Shown here: positions 39,858 through 46,258 of the stretch, in pieces | Position numbering within the stretch: the first letter of the stretch is position 1 | How the letters are laid out: each line of letters opens with the position of its first letter | Assembly: GCA_963666285.1 (NCBI GenBank) | Contig: OY762711.1 | DNA from: Sedimentisphaerales bacterium | GTDB lineage: Bacteria > Planctomycetota > Phycisphaerae > Sedimentisphaerales > SM23-30 | Reading direction: 5' to 3' (one strand) | Length of the DNA: 64,000 bases | The notes under the pieces: generated by a model | Databases searched by the model: none | What the model saw: only the letters and a program-made list of their open reading frames with translations | What the model was told of the DNA's origin: nothing | Made by a program: the position numbers and the translations under genes

Positions 39858-40703
39858 ATGTGGGAATATACAGATAAAGTAAAGGATCATTTTTTTCATC
39901 CAAGAAATGTAGGAGAGATTGAAGAGCCGGATGGTGTTGGCGAGGTAGGGTCGCTTGCCTGCGGCGATGCGTTGAAGTTTACCTTTAAGCTGGATGAGAA
40001 TGGTAAGATTGCCGATGCGAAGTTTAAGACTTTCGGCTGCGGCAGTGCGGTAGCGACCTCTTCGGTTTTGACCGAGATGGTTAAGGGGCTGACACTGGAA
40101 GAAGCCGGCAAGATAACGAATAAGCAGATCGCGGAAGAGCTGGGCGGTTTGCCGGAACATAAGATGCATTGTTCGGTGATGGGTCGTGAAGCGCTGGAAG
40201 CGGCGATAGCATATTATAACAACGGCGGTGTGCCGATAGATCCAAAGCAGCTGGAAGGTGATGTTGTTTGTAACTGTTTTGGCGTGACCGAAAAAGAGAT
40301 CGTAGAAGCAGTAACAGAGAACGGGCTGGTTGACCTTGACGATGTAATGCACTATACCAAGGCCGGCGGTGCCTGCGGACATTGCAAGTCTGAGATTAAT
40401 GAGATACTACAGCGATTGAATAAGGAATCTGGCGTTTGTTTGGCTGCGGAGAAAGAGGCCGAGCCGCTAACGCTGGTGCAGAAGATAAAGCTAATCGAAA
40501 AGACCCTGGATGAAAAGGTTCGTCCGGCGCTGCAGGCAGACGGTGGAGATATAGAGTTGGTTGACATTGACGGTGATGTGGTGAAGGTTAAGCTCAAAGG
40601 AATGTGTGCGGGCTGTCCGGCGTCAGCGAATACGCTTAAAGGGCTGGTGCAGGTTAAGCTTCAGGATTATGTGGCGAAAGAGTTGATGGTAGAAGCGGTA
40701 TAA
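39858..40703 (+). CDS. nifU: Fe-S cluster assembly scaffold NifU
   Basis: MWEYTDKVKDHF, ACGD, FGCGSA, KMHCSVMG; BFD-like CNC/CGHC; C-terminal DGGD...CAGC. Confidence 0.95.
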   Translation: MWEYTDKVKDHFFHPRNVGEIEEPDGVGEVGSLACGDALKFTFKLDENGKIADAKFKTFGCGSAVATSSVLTEMVKGLTLEEAGKITNKQIAEELGGLPEHKMHCSVMGREALEAAIAYYNNGGVPIDPKQLEGDVVCNCFGVTEKEIVEAVTENGLVDLDDVMHYTKAGGACGHCKSEINEILQRLNKESGVCLAAEKEAEPLTLVQKIKLIEKTLDEKVRPALQADGGDIELVDIDGDVVKVKLKGMCAGCPASANTLKGLVQVKLQDYVAKELMVEAV

Positions 40704-40791
40704 ATGAGTGAAGAGTTAATGTGACCTGATGTACGTTGACATCAGGAATAATTCGCTGTCGCTCACAACTTGTTTTAAAGCTGGCGCAAGG
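40704..40791 (+). repeat. Intergenic module inside the nifU-nifS operon
   Basis: GAGTGAAGAGTTAATGTG + CCTGATGT-ACGTTG-ACATCAGG + TTC-GC-TGTC-GC-TCAC + TTTTAAA + GCTGGCGCAAGG. Confidence 0.85.
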
Positions 40792-40858
40792 TTTAAGTTT
40801 TTTCGCTAGTGACATTATTTTTGCAAAGTACATTTAATTAAAAGATAGCAGGACTATC

Positions 40859-42019
40859 ATGGCAGAAAATATATATTTTGACAATAACGCGACAACGGCT
40901 ATTGCACCTGAAGTATTTGAGGTGATGAAGCCGTTTCTGACAGAGAGATACGGTAATCCGTCGAGTATGCACAGTTTTGGCGGCGAAGTTCGGCGAGATG
41001 TCGATATTGCTCGAGAGCAGATAGCCGGGCTGCTTGGATGTTTGCCGGACGAGATAATATTTACCAGTTGCGGGACAGAGAGTAATAATATGGCATTGCG
41101 TGGTTTCTTGGACAGGAACGATAATTGCCGTCATATTATTACCAGTAAGGTGGAGCATCCAGCGATCCGGGAGACCTGCAAAGTTCTCCAGATGAAGGGT
41201 TATCGGCTGACAGAGCTGGGTGTTGACCATGACGGCAACCTGGATATGAACCAGCTGTCAGAGGCATTGAAAGATGGACCGGCGTTAGTTTCGATAATGT
41301 ATGCCAATAATGAGACTGGCGTTATTTTTCCGATCAAGGAAGTGAGCGAGATGGTACGCCATGCGGGCGGAACATTTCATACAGATGCCGTTCAGACAGT
41401 AGGTAAGATAGATTTTCAGATAAGCGATATGGCGATTGATATGCTGAGTCTGTCGGGCCATAAACTGCACGCTCCGAAAGGTATCGGGGTGTTATACGTT
41501 CGCAAGGGTCTGAAGCTGACACCGTATCTGACCGGCGGTCACCAGGAGCATGGCAGGCGCGGCGGTACCGAGAATGTTGCGAGTATTGTGGCGTTGGGTA
41601 AGGCATGTGAGCTTGCGGGCGAGAATATCGAGGAAGAGAATACCCGGGTGAAGGCTCTTCGAGATAAGCTGGAGAAAGGTATTTTGACAAACTGTCCAGA
41701 CAGTGTGGCAAACGGTCAGAATGCCGAGCGGCTGCCGAATACAACCAATATAGGTTTCAGCTATATCGAGGGAGAATCAATTTTGATGCAGCTGGACCAG
41801 ATAGGGATATCAGCGTCGAGCGGTTCGGCATGTTCGAGTGAATCTCTGGAGCCGAGTCATGTTTTGCAGGCGATGGGTGTGCCGTTTATTTCGATGCACG
41901 GTTCGATCAGGTTCAGTCTGAGCAGGTATAACACTGAAGAACAGGTAGATTACGCGATTGAGATAATACCACCGATAATTAAATACCTGCGTGATCTATC
42001 ACCGTTTGGCAAGAAATAG
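40859..42019 (+). CDS. nifS: Cysteine desulfurase NifS
   Basis: YFDNNATT, GNPSS.H, FHTDAVQ, SGHKLHAPKG and SSGSACSS. Confidence 0.96.
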   Translation: MAENIYFDNNATTAIAPEVFEVMKPFLTERYGNPSSMHSFGGEVRRDVDIAREQIAGLLGCLPDEIIFTSCGTESNNMALRGFLDRNDNCRHIITSKVEHPAIRETCKVLQMKGYRLTELGVDHDGNLDMNQLSEALKDGPALVSIMYANNETGVIFPIKEVSEMVRHAGGTFHTDAVQTVGKIDFQISDMAIDMLSLSGHKLHAPKGIGVLYVRKGLKLTPYLTGGHQEHGRRGGTENVASIVALGKACELAGENIEEENTRVKALRDKLEKGILTNCPDSVANGQNAERLPNTTNIGFSYIEGESILMQLDQIGISASSGSACSSESLEPSHVLQAMGVPFISMHGSIRFSLSRYNTEEQVDYAIEIIPPIIKYLRDLSPFGKK

Positions 42020-42064
42020 GTAGAGGTAAAAGTGAGAGGTAAGAAGTAAAAGGTAAGAGGTGAG
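42020..42064 (+). repeat. Purine-rich heptamer array
   Basis: aggtaaa agtgaga ggtaaga agtaaaa ggtaaga ggtgag. Confidence 0.7.
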
Positions 42065-42068
42065 TTTT

Positions 42069-42425
42069 ATGGGGAAAAATGAGCCTACATTATTACAGTC
42101 GAAAAGTTATGATTTTGCTATTCGAGTCGTGAGGTGTACACAGTATATTCAAGCTGAAAAAAAAGAATATGTATTAAGTAAGCAATTTGTTAGAAGTGGA
42201 ACAGCAATAGGTGCATTGATACGAGAAGCGGAGTTTGCAGAGAGTAGATCTGATTTTTGTCATAAAATGAGTATTGCACTTAAAGAAGCTAATGAGGCAG
42301 GATATTGGATTTCACTTATGAAAGATGTTAGCATGTTAGATGAGAAAATGTATAAAAGTTTATTATCTGATTGTGATGAATTAATATCTATGCTAGTATC
42401 TGCAGTAAAGAAACTAAAAGACTAA
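42069..42425 (+). CDS. Four-helix-bundle protein (IVP/Avd-like), paralogue of 8260
   Basis: KSYDFAIRVV, LSKQFVRSGTAIGALIREA and SRSDF.HKMSIALKEANE..YWI. Confidence 0.9.
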   Translation: MGKNEPTLLQSKSYDFAIRVVRCTQYIQAEKKEYVLSKQFVRSGTAIGALIREAEFAESRSDFCHKMSIALKEANEAGYWISLMKDVSMLDEKMYKSLLSDCDELISMLVSAVKKLKD

Positions 42426-42515
42426 TGTTTTGGCAGGTTTGCCGCAATGCGGCAGGCCGAATAAAAACTTTATGTGAATATAATTAATTAATTTTTTGCA
42501 GTTAGAGGAAATAAA

Positions 42516-43727
42516 ATGTCAAAGAAGATTAATAAGATAGTATTGGCTTACAGTGGCGGATTAGATACCAGTGTTATCCTGCCGTGGCTGAAAGAAAAGT
42601 ACGATTGTGAAGTTGTCGGCTATGCCGCGGAGCTGGGCCAGGGCAGCGAACTGGAGGGAATCCAGGAGAAGGCCATGAAGAGTGGTGCCAGCAAATGTAT
42701 AGTAGGCGATTTGCGAGAAGAGTTTGTGACCGATTATATCTGGCCGATGCTGAAGGCAAGTGCGATATATGAGAACGGTTATCTGCTGGGTACCAGTATC
42801 GCCCGTCCGCTGATCGCGGAAAAGATGGTAAAGGCGGCATTGGAAGAAGGAGCCGACGCGGTAGCACACGGTGCGACCGGAAAAGGAAACGACCAGGTAC
42901 GATTCGAGTTGACCTTTATGGCACTGGCACCGCAGCTGCAGATAATAGCACCGTGGAAAGATCCATCATTTGAACTGACCAATCGTGAGGCGGCGATTGA
43001 TTATGCCGTGGCACGTAATATTCCAATCGACCAGACCAAGGAAAAAATCTACAGTCGCGACAGGAACCTGCTGCATATCAGTCATGAAGGTGCGGAGCTT
43101 GAGGATCCATGGAATGAGCCGAAAGATGATATGCTGGTAATGAGCAGTACAATTGAGAAGGCACCGGATGCGGCCGAGTATGTCGAGATCGGATTTGAGA
43201 AGGGTGTGCCGGTAAGTATAAACGGTAAAGCGACCGGTCCGGTAGCGATAATGGAGCAGCTAAACGAGCTGGGCGGCAAGCATGGTGTCGGTAAGATCGA
43301 TATCGTTGAGAACCGGCTGGTAGGAATGAAGAGCCGCGGCGTTTATGAAACACCGGGTGGAACAGTATTGTATACAGCACATACCGCCCTTGAAACCTTG
43401 ACCCTGGACCGTGAGACCTATCATTACAAGCAGCAGGTAGCGTTGAAGTATGCCCAGCTGGTATATAACGGTCAGTGGTTTACCGCGTTACGTGAGTCTC
43501 TGGATGCCTTTGTTGACAGTACCCAGCAGGTAGTAAGCGGTGATGTACGCCTGAAGCTGTATAAGGGTAATTGTGTGCCGGTGGGTGTGAAGAGCCCGTA
43601 CAGCCTGTACGATACCAACCTGGCAAGTTTTGAGATGGGTGACTATGATGTTACTGATGCAACCGGTTTTATCCGCCTGTTTGGTCTGCCGATGAAGGTA
43701 GAAGGTGTGAGAAGAGCTAAGAATTAA
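42516..43727 (+). CDS. argG: Argininosuccinate synthase
   Basis: [34 protein letters not shown] and [18 protein letters not shown]. Confidence 0.98.
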   Translation: MSKKINKIVLAYSGGLDTSVILPWLKEKYDCEVVGYAAELGQGSELEGIQEKAMKSGASKCIVGDLREEFVTDYIWPMLKASAIYENGYLLGTSIARPLIAEKMVKAALEEGADAVAHGATGKGNDQVRFELTFMALAPQLQIIAPWKDPSFELTNREAAIDYAVARNIPIDQTKEKIYSRDRNLLHISHEGAELEDPWNEPKDDMLVMSSTIEKAPDAAEYVEIGFEKGVPVSINGKATGPVAIMEQLNELGGKHGVGKIDIVENRLVGMKSRGVYETPGGTVLYTAHTALETLTLDRETYHYKQQVALKYAQLVYNGQWFTALRESLDAFVDSTQQVVSGDVRLKLYKGNCVPVGVKSPYSLYDTNLASFEMGDYDVTDATGFIRLFGLPMKVEGVRRAKN

Positions 43728-43756
43728 GAACAAAGTATGCTTCACATGTTGCAAGC

Positions 43757-43810
43757 AGGTGAAGAGTTATTATATTCGCCTGTCGGCTCACGCTGTTTTA
43801 AGTGCCGGCA
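43757..43810 (+). repeat. Degenerate intergenic module
   Basis: GTGAAGAGTTA..TTC-GCC-TGTC-GGC-TCAC..TTTTAA. Confidence 0.7.
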
Positions 43811-43833
43811 CATGGCGTAACCTGGAAAATTAG

Positions 43834-43868
43834 AGCAGGTGTTCTGACGGAAGTCGGGGCACCTGTTT
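43834..43868 (+). terminator. Probable intrinsic terminator downstream of argG
   Basis: CAGGTGTTCTGAC-GGAA-GTCGGGGCACCTG (G-U pairs) followed by TTTCT. Confidence 0.5.
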
Positions 43869-43951
43869 CTGTATAGTTGTTTAGTAAAACAATGTTTGAC
43901 CGTTTTGGTTGTAACCATTACAATTACAGTGTGTTAGAATTGTTATATATA

Positions 43952-44030
43952 CAAACTGGCTGAGGGCCAGTTTGCCAGGCATAAGAGATAAGGGATGAGG
44001 CATAAGGGCATGAAAGCCGCGGAGCGGTAA
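43952..44030 (+). repeat. CAAACTGRC hairpin + heptamer copy
   Basis: CAAACTGGC-TGAGG-GCCAGTTTG, ggcataa gagataa gggatga ggcataa gggcatg, GCCGC-GGA-GCGG. Confidence 0.8.
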
Positions 44031-44129
44031 GCTAATTGATATTTAATAAAGTCGATTGTGAATAAGTTTTAGTAAATAGTTCTAAAGGTACTTTGAGTAA
44101 ATAATAAACTTAGATAGTGAGTGTTGAAT

Positions 44130-45179
44130 ATGGCTCAGAAGAATGAAAATATCTGGTTGATAACCGGTTCGCTGGTGTTTTTGGCGCTGGTGGCGTTGTG
44201 TATGGTATTACAGTTTACCAAGGTATTTCTGGTACCGTTTATAATGGCATGTTTTGTGATATCGATGGTATCGCCGCTGCTGGACTGGCAGGTTTTGAAG
44301 TTGAAGATACCCCGTTCGCTTGCGGTAGTGCTGACGCTGCTGGTGGTAGTGATAGTGATAGCCATTGTTGTTGTAATGGTGACAGGCGCGGTGAACTCGA
44401 TAATAGAGGTAGCCGGTCAGTATACGGATAGTTTCAAGGCGTTTACTGCAAAAACAGCCGAGATTCTGGATAATGAGAAGCTAAAGGCCAATGGTATAGA
44501 TGCCGAGCAGATCTTGAAGGATTTTGGTAAAAAGATCCCTGGTTTTGTGACAGATACACTGGGCCAGATCAAGAGCGCTGCGGCATTTTTGTTTCTGCTG
44601 ACAATATTTATAATATTTATGATATCCGGTCGAGATCCTGGTACGGTAAGGCAGGGCGTGCTGGGTGAGATTGATCAGAAGGTGCGTCGGTTTATCCTGA
44701 CAAAGATGGTCTCTTCGGCAGCGACGGGGATACTGGTCTGGGTGGTTTTAGCGATATTCAAACTTCAGCTAGCTGCGGTATTTGGTATGCTGGCGTTTCT
44801 GCTGAATTTTATCCCTTCTATCGGTTCGATAATAGCGACATTGCTGCCGATACCGGTAGCGGTAGCTCAATATGACAGTACGATGGCGATAACGATGGTG
44901 GTAGTTTTGCCTGGCTGTGTGCAGATAGTAATAGGTAATTTCCTGGAGCCGAAATTTCTGGGTCAGAGTATGAAGCTTCATCCGATAACAATATTACTGG
45001 CGTTATCGTTCTGGGGGCTGTTGTGGCAGATAGTTGGTATGCTGCTGGCGGTGCCGATAACGGCGATAATCCGGATAATATTTATGCAGTTTGATATGCT
45101 TCGTCCGGCGGGCGAGCTGATGGCGGGCAACCTTGAATATCTTGTGGGAACGAGTAAGGAAGGGAAAAATTGGAAGTAA
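44130..45179 (+). CDS. AI-2E family transporter
   Basis: Multi-TM; FLLNFIPSIGS, GNFLEPK..G..MKLHP and GMLLAVP.T. Confidence 0.92.
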   Translation: MAQKNENIWLITGSLVFLALVALCMVLQFTKVFLVPFIMACFVISMVSPLLDWQVLKLKIPRSLAVVLTLLVVVIVIAIVVVMVTGAVNSIIEVAGQYTDSFKAFTAKTAEILDNEKLKANGIDAEQILKDFGKKIPGFVTDTLGQIKSAAAFLFLLTIFIIFMISGRDPGTVRQGVLGEIDQKVRRFILTKMVSSAATGILVWVVLAIFKLQLAAVFGMLAFLLNFIPSIGSIIATLLPIPVAVAQYDSTMAITMVVVLPGCVQIVIGNFLEPKFLGQSMKLHPITILLALSFWGLLWQIVGMLLAVPITAIIRIIFMQFDMLRPAGELMAGNLEYLVGTSKEGKNWK

Positions 45180-45189
45180 AAGAGAGAGA

Positions 45190-45258
45190 AGATAGAAGCG
45201 AGGAGATAGAAGCGAGGAGATAGAAGCGAGGAGATAGAAGCGAGGAGATAGAAGGGGG
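45190..45258 (+). repeat. Perfect 14-mer tandem array (AGATAGAAGCGAGG) x4 plus partial
   Basis: Units start at 45190, 45204, 45218 and 45232; single units recur at 45651 and 46070. Confidence 0.95.
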
Positions 45259-45297
45259 AAAATAAGTTAGATTAACAATGTTTTGAAGGGAAAAGAC

Positions 45298-45651
45298 ATG
45301 CAGACATTTAGAGATTTGATGATATGGCAGAAAGGAATAGCATTAGTTCAAGAAACATATTTACAGACAAATTTGTTTCCGAAAGAAGAAATATATGGAT
45401 TAGTTTCTCAAATGAGAAGAGCAGCTGTTTCTGTGCCGAGTAATATCGCAGAGGGTTATGGCAGGAGGTCTGCTCCAGATTTTGTCAGATTTTTACGAGT
45501 AGCATGCGGTTCGTTGTACGAGCTGGAAACGCAAGTTGAAATATCGATGAAGCTGGGATATATCGAATGTGATAGCTACAATAAAACTCTTACTGATATT
45601 GATGAACTAAAAAGAATGGTTGTCGGAATGATAAATTCAGTGGAAAAATGA
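45298..45651 (+). CDS. Four-helix-bundle protein (23S rRNA IVP type), tandem copy 1
   Basis: FRDL.IWQK, FPKEE.YGL.SQMRRAAVSVPSNIAEG.GR and F.RFL..A.GSL.ELETQ. Confidence 0.93.
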   Translation: MQTFRDLMIWQKGIALVQETYLQTNLFPKEEIYGLVSQMRRAAVSVPSNIAEGYGRRSAPDFVRFLRVACGSLYELETQVEISMKLGYIECDSYNKTLTDIDELKRMVVGMINSVEK

Positions 45652-45716
45652 GATAGAAGCGAGGAGATAGAAGGGGGAAAATAAGTTAGATTAACATTAT
45701 TTTGAAGGGAAAAGAT

Positions 45717-46070
45717 ATGCAGACATTTAGAGATTTGATGATATGGCAGAAAGGAATAGCATTAGTTCAAGATACATATTTGCAGACAAATTTGTTTCCG
45801 AAAGAAGAAATATATGGTTTAGTATCTCAAATGAGAAGAGCAGCTGTTTCTGTGCCGAGTAATATCGCAGAGGGTTATGGCAGGAGGTCTGCTCCAGATT
45901 TTGTCAGATTTTTACGAGTAGCATGCGGTTCGTTGTACGAGCTGGAAACGCAAGTTGAAATATCGATGAAGCTGGGATATATCGAATGTGATAACTACAA
46001 TAAAACTCTTACTGATATTGATGAGCTAAAAAGAATGGTTGTCGGAATGATAAATTCAGTGGAAAAATGA
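45717..46070 (+). CDS. Four-helix-bundle protein, tandem copy 2
   Basis: 419 bp downstream of copy 1; two amino-acid differences (E>D, S>N). Confidence 0.93.
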   Translation: MQTFRDLMIWQKGIALVQDTYLQTNLFPKEEIYGLVSQMRRAAVSVPSNIAEGYGRRSAPDFVRFLRVACGSLYELETQVEISMKLGYIECDNYNKTLTDIDELKRMVVGMINSVEK

Positions 46071-46135
46071 GATAGAAGCGAGGAGATAGAAGGAGGGAAA
46101 TAAGTTAGATTAACATTATTTTGAAGGGAAAGGAT

Positions 46136-46249
46136 ATGCAGACATTTAGAGATTTGATGATATGGCAGAAAGGAATAGCATTAGTTCAAGATACATATTT
46201 ACAGACAAATTTGTTTCCAAAAGAAGAAAAGATTTTTTGTTGTTTATAA
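46136..46249 (+). pseudogene. Truncated third copy of the four-helix-bundle gene
   Basis: First 31 codons match the other copies, then unrelated sequence and a stop at 46249. Confidence 0.88.
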
Positions 46250-46258
46250 AAGAGTCCT

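Noticed and set aside
12069..46249. DGR (Avd-like genes plus duplicated regions as TR/VR)
   Set aside because: No reverse transcriptase in the window, and differences between copies are not confined to adenines.
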